The notes below the pieces were generated by a model. The model was not told the origin of the DNA and made no database searches. It saw only the letters and a program-made list of their open reading frames with translations. Positions 36,801 to 48,800 of a stretch of DNA of 64,000 bases are shown piece after piece. The translations under genes were made by a program, and so were the position numbers. Within the stretch, counting starts at the first letter, position 1; the number at the start of each line of letters is the position of its first letter. Source of the stretch: Acanthaster planci (Eukaryota); assembly GCF_001949145.1 (NCBI RefSeq), contig NW_019091357.1, positions 2,828,859 to 2,892,858 on the forward strand, in the 5' to 3' direction.

Positions 36801-39800
36801 GAGTAGTAACAGAATTTAAATATCAGCCCAACCTCTTACGTGTTCACAGTTGAGGGAGTGCTTGCACATGAAACAGAGTTACAAGTGACAAGAAGTCACT
36901 TTGGTCCAGCCAACAATTCCTGTGTCTTCTTTTGCAGGTGGTTGGATGCGGGGCAGGACGATCAGAAGATAGAGAGAGACTTGACACCGGCTAAACCAAC
37001 ATCAGGTAAGATGAAGCCGTGTTGCGTGCGAAAAAAAAAAAACCTGCCACTTCTTCATTCGGAAGGGGAAAAGTTCTTGAAAGGATGCACTGGTCTGAAG
37101 TGATTGTGTGCATCTCGGACGTACGAGGCGTGAACGACTTGTGACTGGCCTCTGATGGCCTTGAGATGGACCTGTGATCTGATGTGTGATGGACTCGCGA
37201 TTCTCTTGTAATTTCCTTACAATTTGACTCGCGATCAAAAAGTCATTAGACTCGCAATTACCTTGTGATTGACTTCAGAGTGACTTGTAATTTGTAAGAT
37301 TGACCAGTTGTACAACCTTTGATAGGCTTGTGATGAGCTCAGTTACAAGTCTGCTTTTCTCCCAGTTTGAACTGTGACTTCTAGAAAAAGTATTGAGTAG
37401 CATGCATTCAGGCTGTGTTGCAATTAATGACGCTGCTTTGTTAACTTCTGTCTTTGCAGCACCCAATCCAGTAACATCTGAATCTGCCGCGAGTAAGACA
37501 GACAGCATCACCATCTCCTGGAAGCCACCCACCTCCGGAAAGGTCACGGGTTACCGGGTGACCTGTGACCCGCCGGATGCGCCGGCCTCCGAGGTCATCA
37601 TCACGGACGCCAAGACAACCAAGGCAGAGTTTGGCGGTTTGATTCCCGGCAGGGCCTACCAGTTTGACATCGTGACGATCAACACCGACCTGGAGAGCGA
37701 TAAAGTCTCCCTGAAAACCAACGCCAGTGAGTTTATTGAAGAAATTATCTTTCTTGTAACAACCCTGGAGCATGAGTCATTTCCATACTGTAGTCTGCAT
37801 AGGCATTGTCTCAAGCTGTCCATTGTGATATGAGCAAACAAAGGAGATTGGTACCCTGTCCCTCCCTGGCGCCAGAGCTCCTTTTCAAATCTTTACCAAA
37901 TCTTGCACTTTCAAAATCAGTAAGAACTGTCATTGATTTTTCCCCTGACCATGTCTTCAAAACATCTTTTAAAACTCACTTCATGACGTTAGCCTTCAAT
38001 TAACTACTTCTGCTCGTTACAGTTTAATTGTATTTGTCTGCTCTTGTTCCATTCAGTTTGCTCTTATTTCATATGAATTCTGTTGTCTTTTGCTTATTGG
38101 TACCAAGTGCCTTGAGCACCTTTATGGTTGATATGTTTTGCGCTTTATAAATTTCCAATATTANNNNNNNNNNNNNNNNNNNNNNNNNNNNNNNNNNNNN
38201 NNNNNNNNNNNNNNNNNNNNNNNNNNNNNNNNNNNNNNNNNNNNNNNNNNNNNNNNNNNNNNNNNNNNNNNNNNNNNNNNNNNNNNNNNNNNNNNNNNNN
38301 NNNNNNNNNNNNNNNNNNNNNNNNNNNNNNNNNNNNNNNNNNNNNNNNNNNNNNNNNNNNNNNNNNNNNNNNNNNNNNNNNNNNNNNNNNNNNNNNNNNN
38401 NNNNNNNNNNNNNNNNNNNNNNNNNNNNNNNNNNNNNNNNNNNNNNNNNNNNNNNNNNNNNNNNNNNNNNNNNNNNNNNNNNNNNNNNNNNNNNNNNNNN
38501 NNNNNNNNNNNNNNNNNNNNNNNNNNNNNNNNNNNNNNNNNNNNNNNNNNNNNNNNNNNNNNNNNNNNNNNNNNNNNNNNNNNNNNNNNNNNNNNNNNNN
38601 NNNNNNNNNNNNNNNNNNNNNNNNNNNNNNNNNNNNNNNNNNNNNNNNNNNNNNNNNNNNNNNNNNNNNNNNNNNNNNNNNNNNNNNNNNNNNNNNNNNN
38701 NNNNNNNNNNNNNNNNNNNNNNNNNNNNNNNNNNNNNNNNNNNNNNNNNNNNNNNNNNNNNNNNNNNNNNNNNNNNNNNNNNNNNNNNNNNNNNNNNNNN
38801 NNNNNNNNNNNNNNNNNNNNNNNNNNNNNNNNNNNNNNNNNNNNNNNNNNNNNNNNNNNNNNNNNNNNNNAAGTCCAACAGCGTCTGTGCACAAAGTCCC
38901 ATGGGACTTTAACTTAAGGTTAGGGCCAGCAACCCTTGGGGGGGTAGGGTTAAACTGAGTCACATCGCAAGAGAAGAGCTGATTTTAGTGTGTCTTTTCT
39001 AGCTCACTTGAGAAACAGTTCTGTTCAAAAGAGGTATTGAAGACTCATTTTGTGGGGCCCCAGTCACATGAGGGCAGGCAGCACTTGTGTAGGTTCCGAG
39101 GTTGAATAAGACTCATTTTGTGGGCCCCGGTCACATGAGGGCAGGCAGCACTTGTGTAGCTTCCGAGGTTGAATAAGACTCATTTTGTGGGGCCCCGGTC
39201 ACATGAGGGCAGGCAGCACTTGTGTAGCTTCCGAGGTTGAATTAATACATATTGTACTCAATTTACCTGTGCAAGTGGAACGTTGTGCCCATTTAGACGT
39301 GTGTTGACATTTAAAATTAGACTGGCATCAGGAGTCAGAGAAAAACCAGTAAAGCATTCATGGTATTCTGACTCTACTTGGACTTGTCCAGATTACTCGG
39401 CTATGGCTTGGAGCAATATGTCTGCCTATGGAAGCCCACTAACTAGTGGCTGAACTTATTTTTCCATGGATGTGTGTGCTGTTGCTAGTCGTAGCCAAGA
39501 AATTTGGATGCAGCTCATCAGAAAGATTGTGGCCGTGTTGAGCCAATGTCAGTTTTGTTTCTTGTCACTTTCCAGAGCCCAATGCGGTTCTTGACGCCGC
39601 TCTGGAGAGCACCGTAGACGCCGTCATTGTGTCCTGGACCCACCCGCAGGGCGAACTGTCCGGCTATAAGGCTCGCATATCCCCTTCGGATGCCAAGAAG
39701 TCGGTGGTGAAGATCAAGGACCCCAGTAAGACCAGGACGGAGTTCGTGGGGCTGGCGCCGGCCAAGCAATACAAGGTGGACGTGGTGACAGTCAGTGGGG

Positions 39801-42800
39801 AAGTGGAAAGCGAAAAGGTCACGCTACAAGAAACGACAAGTACGCATTTCTTCTCCCTTTGAGCATAGTCATTTACCTTGTTCTCCATTTTTCACGCTCC
39901 TAGTTATAGCTTTGATGTCACAAAGGTGCTCCTGCGTAAGGGATGCAAAAACTTGCCCCTTATTTCAGGGGATGAAATCTTTCAAAATTTCTCCTGATTT
40001 CAAGACTTTTCCATCAGGACTTTCCTGATTTGGGGGTTTTTAAAACAGATCTCTTTCAAAACTGGACAATACTTAGTTTGCCATTAAGGTGTTTTTATGT
40101 GAAAAAGTTGATGCAGAACAGGGACTGGATATTAGAAAGGGTGTCTTTAGGCGAAAACAAATGACCCAACACTGCTGTGGGGCTCTGAACACCTGCTGTG
40201 ATTATTTTGTGTTCCTCCAATCTCAACCCCGTTATCTTTCTAGCTACGTCCGTGGCAATGTTTTATTCGACCAGAATAAATTTCCCTTGCTTGTGTGATG
40301 CTTCCCCTCCGGTAGAAATGCCAGAAATCCACGTTCTCAAGGTACCCAACGCGGAGGCCACCAAGGCCACCAGCGAGTCCCTGGCCGTGTCCTGGACCAA
40401 GCCGGAGGGAGATGTCACTGGCTACCGGCTGGCCATCCTGCCAGCCGAGGGCGCCACGCCCGACCTCAAGTTGGACGGCGCCGACAAGACCACGGCCGAG
40501 TTCAAAGGGCTGTCGCCGGGCCAGGAGTACACGGTGGAAGTCTACACGGTGTATAAGGAACAAGAGAGCGAGAAAATGACTCTCACAGCCAGAACAGGTT
40601 AGTAGAAATGCCGTCAGTACATGACTCCATATCATTTCACACATCATCTGTTAGTTTTTAGCAAATATGTATAAAATATTTCATCAAAATCATTTGTAAG
40701 AACAAATTAATTTTGTGAAATTGTTTTTGTTTGTATCTACATTTGTCAATTCAGTTTCTTGTTGGCCTTTAATTGCTCCCTCCGTTCTCATTTCAAATTT
40801 GCATTCATTACATATTTTGCATTCAGTGTGGGAAGTTCCTCGGCTAGATATACAAACAATACTTCAGGCTCTGGCTGGTTTCCAGGAATCTGTGATTCAT
40901 TTGTGCTGTAAAAATTCTCTGTTGTTGATTTGTTTTCTTTTAGTGCTTTGGGTAGATGTGTGATGACCTTGCATATATGTTTGCCCCGGAATTTTTCTCG
41001 ATAAAACACTTGAAATGCAAGAGAAATATTCTCAGTTGGTACTGAGTTTTTACTATCATGTTAACTTGTATCGCATTGACCAACATCAACTCAGAACTGG
41101 CCAAGGTCAACAAGGTCCGCAAGCCAGCAGCAGAGGCGACCATGGATACGGTCACTGTCTCTTGGAAAAAACCAGAGGGTGAGGTCACCGGTTACCGGCT
41201 AACCTGTGCCCCGAAGGGGGCCAAAGAAGCTGACGGCAAGGAGCTGCGTCTCGAGGATGCAGGGGCCAAAACCGCCACCTTTGAGGGTCTGTCCACGGAC
41301 ACCGAGTACGTGGTCAAGCTCTACACGGTGGCTGGCGATCGAGAGAGCGAGAGGGTGAAAGTTAACGCGACTACCAGTGAGTTTTGAGGACTGGAGAATG
41401 CAGTGGCGAACACCGATTGGTGTGCTGTGGATTGACAAGCACTCAAAGCTCCTGTTCTCTCTCTGCGGGGTCCCATCTGTTAACGTCTCCTAACATGGCA
41501 CCACTCTTTTATAGTGCATTGATCTGTGCAACTGCACTCTATATGGCCAGTTTTCTTATTGAGTCACATTCAGTTTTAGGTAAGTCTAAGAGATGACTGT
41601 AGTGAACTATAGTTAGACTAACACCTCCTGAACAGTAGATGGTTTGGACTATCTTGTCAGCCATTTGGGACTAGGCTCCAGGGCATGGTTGCATCACTGG
41701 TAATCAATAACCCATTTCATTTATCATTACAGAGGGAACCATTCACATAAAAATAACTATACCAGATTTCAGTGACCATGTACATGTACACTGCGAGATT
41801 CGCAGCCAAGGTGAAATATAACAATGAGATTTTAAACAATAGGTTGACTCGGGTCGTCCAAGTAACTGAATTGCGCGAGCGCACCGTTGCAAAGCTTTTG
41901 ACTACTGGTCAAACTTGAGTTCACGCCCGAACTTGCCCTGTTCTCCTGTGTAGCTTTCACCACCCACAGATCAGTTGCATTAAAGCTTGCCAGAGATGCC
42001 AGCTGGTACAGACACCAGGTGTACAAGCAAATTGTCAACAGCCGACTTGAGCGTCTTCCATGCTGTCTAGAAAGGGCTTCCTGAGTTGGGCAGCATACAA
42101 GTCCCGCTTGGCTGGCGTGTTGCATGCTATGAGTGTACTCCCATATTTGCTTCCCTTAAAGTTCAGGCCCACAACAGTAACACCTCCCATAGAGGAGCCA
42201 TTTCGTAGCCTAATCTAAAACTCTTGGTTTTATAAAAGCGAGTTGACACATGTGAAGACTGTAGCTAAATGTGGAATTACTTTTCATGGTTACTAACTGT
42301 AGGCTGCGTAGGAGCTTATGTTCAATGCAACATGTCGTCTGAGAAACTTGTTCTCTTATTTTTTATCACAAATCGAAAATCCATGTACAAAGCCTTGCGC
42401 AGTAAGGAATTCCCACTTTTCCCCTAACTTGTCAGTTTTGTATGCCGATATTGACCCAGCAAAGGCCTCGGACATTGAGGTTTTTGCGACATTGTCTCTG
42501 TGTTCCTGCACAGCACGGTACTTTCCTCCTCACGTTTGGTGTGCTTGCGTCCACTTCCCTGCTCGAAGCAGGGGCTTCATTCATTTAATCCCGTCCCGAT
42601 CCCAAACACAGAGTCGGGGACAGTTCCCACGGTGACGGAGCCAAAAGCCGAAGCAGGCACAGACAGCGTCCTGGTCTCATGGACCAAGCCGTCCGGAGAG
42701 ACGGTCACGGGCTACCAGCTCGCGTGCCGCCCCAAGGGGGCTGGGGAGGAGGTCGCACCCCATCAGATTACCCTGGACACAGGTGACGCCACGCAGGCCA

Positions 42801-45800
42801 CATTCGAGCAGCTGGAGGACGGGAAGGAGTACGAGGTGGAAATTGTCGCGGTGTTGGGCGAGCGGAAGAGCGACGCCGTCACCATTGCAGCACAGACCAG
42901 TGAGTCACATGCTTCACATTGCGTGAAAGAAGCCGTAAACAAATCAGTTCCAAACAGCATTTTTTTTTATCAGGAATGATGCAATTCCAAAATGTTGCCT
43001 GTCTGCACAGATGCACAAAATTGGCCCAGCATGCTAATTTGCACTGATTATATTCACGTTCACTTCTGAATTATTTCCGACTCTCTGGGGCTGTATACGA
43101 AACGACAAGCACATGCATATGTGACGTCAAACCTAACCAAGTGTGGGCCGCAGTTTCACAATGTCCCGACACAAACTTGACAGAACCAGAGATTGCCTAC
43201 TCTTATGCCAGTCCTCCGTTTCGGAGTTTGCAGAATGGCTATTTTGTGAATCAGACTGAATTCTTGTTACGCACACGTTGTGTCCTGGTTGGGCTGGTCT
43301 TCGTTTTCGAGGAGCAACTATTCTGTCGCTCAGGGTTGGAAATAGGGAGTTTGTGTTTTACCTTGTGCATCTCCCATCAAGATAGGAATCGGTAACCTTA
43401 CAAATTGTTTTAACTTGTACATAAGTGCATCTCTGTCATTTCTAACAACAATGCAGAAGTTACTAAGGTGAAAAAAGTCCGGAAAGCATCCGTTGTTGAG
43501 ACGGGCACAGGAAGCGTCTCTATCTCGTGGAAGAAACCTGAAGGGAATGTCTCAGGGTATCTCGTCACTTACTCGGAGACGGCTAGCTCTCCAGAAGACA
43601 AGAAGAGCAAATCAAAAAAGTCCAAGAAAAAGAAGAAAAAGGAAGAGGAGACAGATGAGACTACCGTTGAGGGGGAGGATACAGAGAAAGACGATTCCAC
43701 CGAGAAGGATGCAAACGAGCAGAAGCCTGCCAAGACGAGAGAAGGTGGCAGGGACATCAAGATTGAAGACCCAGAGAAGACTGAGGCGCTCTTGGAGGAC
43801 TTGAAGCCCAATGCGGAATACACCGTCAAGATCTACGCTCTGGACGGAGATAGAAAGAGCGACAGTGCGAAGCTGACGGCAAAGACCAGTGAGTCCCGGT
43901 GTGCAAGCCCAGACACGTTTCACAGTTTGTGGTTCTTCAGCACGATTTTCCCCCCCCCCCCAAATGCACTGAATGGGATGCAGTTGACTGCCAGGACATG
44001 TCCCCATGGTGTATTGTGCCGTTGTAGGGATGACATGCTTTTGTGATTTGTTGTTTTAACCAAACTGTCTTCTCCACAACAGGTCCCAGTGGCGGTCAGA
44101 TTTGCTAGTCCTTTCTTCATGCTCATCAAGATGTACTCAATAAACTTAAACCTGTAACCTGCGTGTTGTTTACTAACCTAACTTTGGAAATGAAATTGGT
44201 TAGCTCAGGAGATATGTGTCTGTTCGTATTCATATATGATTATGAATATGTCAAAGACATTTTCATTTGGAGAACCAAAAAAATGCTGGAAGAATAGCTA
44301 GTCTGGTTTTTTTTTTTACTTGGGGAAATCTCATCTTTGGGGAGTTTGGGTGTTTGTAACTGTAACATTTGATCCGCTGTTTTAGAACAACTTGCCGAGC
44401 TGAGCCCAGTCCAGGATCTGTCCTGGGAAGCCTCCAAGACATCAAACTCCCAGGTCATCTCCTGGAAGCTGTCTCCTCAAAACGAGGGCATTAGCATCTC
44501 CGGATACCGACTGACATACGGTCCCAAAGAACAAGCATCACAGGAAGACAGTCCTGCCCAAGGAGAAGACAAGCAACCAGACAGCAAAGAGGAGACCGAT
44601 GACAAAACAGAGAGCAAGGACGAAACTGGTCCAAACTCTTCCCCTCTCAAAGAAATCCAGGTAGCCGGGGCAGACACGCTGTCGGTAGAGTTGAGTGATC
44701 TCAAGATCGGACGGGAGTACGTCGTGACGGTGTTTGTCGTCAGTGAGGACGGGCTCGAGAGTCAGGGTACCAGCGTGGAGGTCATTCCAAGTAAGCAGCA
44801 ACTGGGTGGCCCGCACATCTACGTATACTTCTGTTGCACTTTTGCACATCACTGGTTTCTGTGTCATATACCAGCAGTCCACGTCATCTTACAGAATATA
44901 CAGGTTTATGTGGAAGTTAATTAATTATAAGCCCATCTAAGCAGTATACATGAGCATGTATGGTGTACGCTTAGCAAGTTTCCTTACTGGGGAATAATCA
45001 AGTCTAAGGTAGCCATTAAATTACATTTATAAAGTAGTTGGCAATCTTTCTTGCTGAGCGAAATTCCTCTGCGTGGCTTGTGAATACACGAAGCAGCTTC
45101 ACTGTTTATATTTGCCACATACCTGTACGTGTATGTGCATTGTCATAGATGCTGTTGGCATGTGTCAGGTACATGTAATTAAAGAAATTGTTGATGTAAA
45201 TTTTAGATGCCTTGAGATTGACCACCTCTAATGCAGTGTTGGAGGGATTCATTTCAACCTTTTAGTACTCATGGGAGAAACACAGATTTTTTGACAGAAT
45301 GGATGTCTAAATAAACAGAAATCCCACGTTTTGCCAAAACTTGTAGAAGCTCCTAAGGTGAACAGAGTGAGGAAGGCATCAATTGTCCAGACAGGAACGA
45401 TGAGCGTCACCATCTCGTGGAAGAAACCCGAAGGAGACATCTCGGGGTATCTCATTACCTGCTCGGAGACGACCAGCTCTGAGACAGAGTCGCAAGACAA
45501 GAAGAGCAAATCGAAGAAGTCCAAGAAGAAGAAGAAGGAAGAGGAGGAAGAGAAGAAAGATGAGACCAAGCCGGACGAAACTGCCCAGAATGAGGACGAT
45601 TCTCGCAAGGAAGACTCCTCGGAGAAAGAACCAAAAGAGAGGGCGAAATCTGCCAAAGCCAGGGGAGACACCAAGGAGGTCAAGATCGAAGATCCGGAAC
45701 AGACTCAAGTCAGCTTGGAAGACCTGAAGTCTGACACCGAGTACACCATCAAGATTTACACTCTTGATGGCGAGAGAAAGAGTGATAGAGTCAAGCTGAC

Positions 45801-48800
45801 AGCGAAGACGAGTGAGTCCTAGCGTGTCCACTTGTGTGTGATTTTCTGCACGGTTTGTACAGTTTTATCAGCACACAGTCGTCTGCAGCAAGTACGGTAG
45901 CTTTTGTCACATGCACAGGTGTAGCCCCTTTATACGAATCTGTAAAGGGGTATTCACTGGTTGGACACACACACCCTTACATATGTATACTTGTGGGGTA
46001 TTTCCTTTGTTCTCGTGTACAAAACTCCCACACAACACGGACAAAATTTCAAATCACTGCCATTTCAACCAAATTCAGTTTCCTGGGTTGAAATTTCGAC
46101 CGTATGTCCCTCATTTGAAACACTTCAATTTGCGACGGATGAGTGAGACTTGAAAATTCCTCCTTTTTGAGTAAATTTGAAACATCTATTTCGTGAAATT
46201 CTTGTGGGGTACCACTTTAGTACCCCACGAGGATCAAAACTATCCCAGTGGGGTACCTTCCATTGTTCCGGTACCGGGCAAGGCACCATGTACAAGCGCA
46301 CTGAAGTTTGTATCAACAATGTACATATCGTGCTTCAATTCTTCCCAGCTACTGGTTTGATCCCAACATGCTGGATCTGGTTTTATGTGCTTACTAACAA
46401 TTTCACGTTGATAATGATAGTTTTGAGAAATATTTTCATTCTAATACATTGTATTTCTGGCACAGCTGCAGCGACTGTTCCTGAAGNNNNNNNNNNNNNN
46501 NNNNNNNNNNNNNNNNNNNNNNNNNNNNNNNNNNNNNNNNNNNNNNNNNNNNNNNNNNNNNNNNNNNNNNNNNNNNNNNNNNNNNNNNNNNNNNNNNNNN
46601 NNNNNNNNNNNNNNNNNNNNNNNNNNNNNNNNNNNNNNNNNNNNNNNNNNNNNNNNNNNNNNNNNNNNNNNNNNNNNNNNNNNNNNNNNNNNNNNNNNNN
46701 NNNNNNNNNNNNNNNNNNNNNNNNNNNNNNNNNNNNNNNNNNNNNNNNNNNNNNNNNNNNNNNNNNNNNNNNNNNNNNNNNNNNNNNNNNNNNNNNNNNN
46801 NNNNNNNNNNNNNNNNNNNNNNNNNNNNNNNNNNNNNNNNNNNNNNNNNNNNNNNNNNNNNNNNNNNNNNNNNNNNNNNNNNNNNNNNNNNNNNNNNNNN
46901 NNNNNNNNNNNNNNNNNNNNNNNNNNNNNNNNNNNNNNNNNNNNNNNNNNNNNNNNNNNNNNNNNNNNNNNNNNNNNNNNNNNNNNNNNNNNNNNNNNNN
47001 NNNNNNNNNNNNNNNNNNNNNNNNNNNNNNNNNNNNNNNNNNNNNNNNNNNNNNNNNNNNNNNNNNNNNNNNNNNNNNNNNNNNNNNNNNNNNNNNNNNN
47101 NNNNNNNNNNNNNNNNNNNNNNNNNNNNNNNNNNNNNNNNNNNNNNNNNNNNNNNNNNNNNNNNNNNNNNNNNNNNNNNNNNNNNNNNNNNNNNNNNNNN
47201 NNNNNNNNNNNNNNNNNNNNNNNNNNNNNNNNNNNNNNNNNNNNNNNNNNNNNNNNNNNNNNNNNNNNNNNNNNNNNNNNNNNNCTAACAATGAACTCAG
47301 CAGGGGCTGTGGTACCAACCACGTCCCAATGATGTCCACTGGTCCTTTGTTATGATACCAACTGGTCTGACTGTTGATGTCAAACATGTTTGGAGTTTTG
47401 ACGTCAGTCATTGCACGTGTTGTGATAAAGTCTGCACCATTCTGTATGAAACTTAACCGCTCAATCTTCTTCACTTGAGTGAAGTGTTCAGAATTTCACA
47501 TGTAATCTCTTCTTCTCCTGTGCGTGAATAAGCCTTTTGCGAGTTAAATTTGAATAAAATCTGGTACACTGAGTTCTTTAAATCCATGTGAACATAATAA
47601 TTTGAATTCTCCATACTAAAGACACTGTTGCTATACCTCGTGATTCAGGCGAAGCTTTTGCTTTCTTACATAAGAGACGCCTTGCACCAATACGTTGTTT
47701 TCAGTGGATAAGAAGGGCACAAAGGAACCAATCCATTCCAGAGATGGTTGTCGCTATGCAAAAGCTTGCCCCGAATCACGAGATACAGCAACACTGTCTT
47801 TAGTCTGGGGAATTCAAACTGTTATGTTTATGTGCAATAAGATAACTCAGTGTACCAGATTTTATTCAAAATGTAACTCGTAAAAAGCTTATTTTGATGG
47901 TACATTTTGCACAAATACAAACCTGTGTTGTTCTTGCTAGGATAATTTTGATATGTAAAAGCAGTATGTCTTTGTGGTTATTTTCACAAAAATGCATACA
48001 CGTATTTTGCCGTAACTGGAGCTTCGTATTGATGCACTTGTAGGCCTAAATATTGCACCTCATAACCAATTTGTCATACTAATAGTAATATTGAATTGCT
48101 AGATTAATGCTGAGAAATGTGCTTGTGTGATTGGAGCCCGTTTTAGGACTTGATCCTAAATTGATCCTTATAGTTTCATTTTATGCTTTGTTGATGCTCA
48201 AGTGTGAGATTTTAAATACTTTTTCAGTCGATCAACATTTGTGTACGTTCATGCTGGAGACCTACTTTTTTGCTCAGAATTTTCATAATTTGTTTTCTTT
48301 TCTTTTTAGTGATATCCGGAGTTTATCAAGATGTTGTCCAGTACCTGATTCTGTGTTCAAAACAGAACCGTGTTCAGGAAAACAAGTATTGATCAAACCT
48401 TCCTTGGCCAGACCCTTGACCTATGACCTGTTCAATGCAAAGTTGTACATTGTGTCCCACTGAATCTTACTCTGAATCTCATTTCGAATGTCATGCAAGG
48501 TACGTTTCCACATAGTTTTGAGTCGCCCAGAAACTCAAACAACTACTGGTTTCCAAATCTGACACAGAATTGATTCTCTGCCCACAGACGCTCAAAGCAA
48601 CCAACCCAAGGACCCAACTGCATCCAGCACCCCGACTACCATCAGTGTTTCCTGGACCAAGCCAGAAGGCACGGTGACCGGCTACCGGTTGCTCTGCACA
48701 CCAGCCGATAGCGAGACATCAGAGATCATGATAGACAACGGGGATACGACCACGGTGCAGGTTGATGGGTTGACTCCTGGCCGGCAGTACGAGCTGGAGA

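Noticed and set aside
39040..39242. Direct repeats resembling a CRISPR array (also 20549-20741 and 59629-59748)
   Set aside because: Head-to-tail repeats with no unique spacers, inside introns of a eukaryotic gene, with no cas genes.
26505..47474. Long ORFs full of X in the ORF track
   Set aside because: Artefacts of reading through N-runs.
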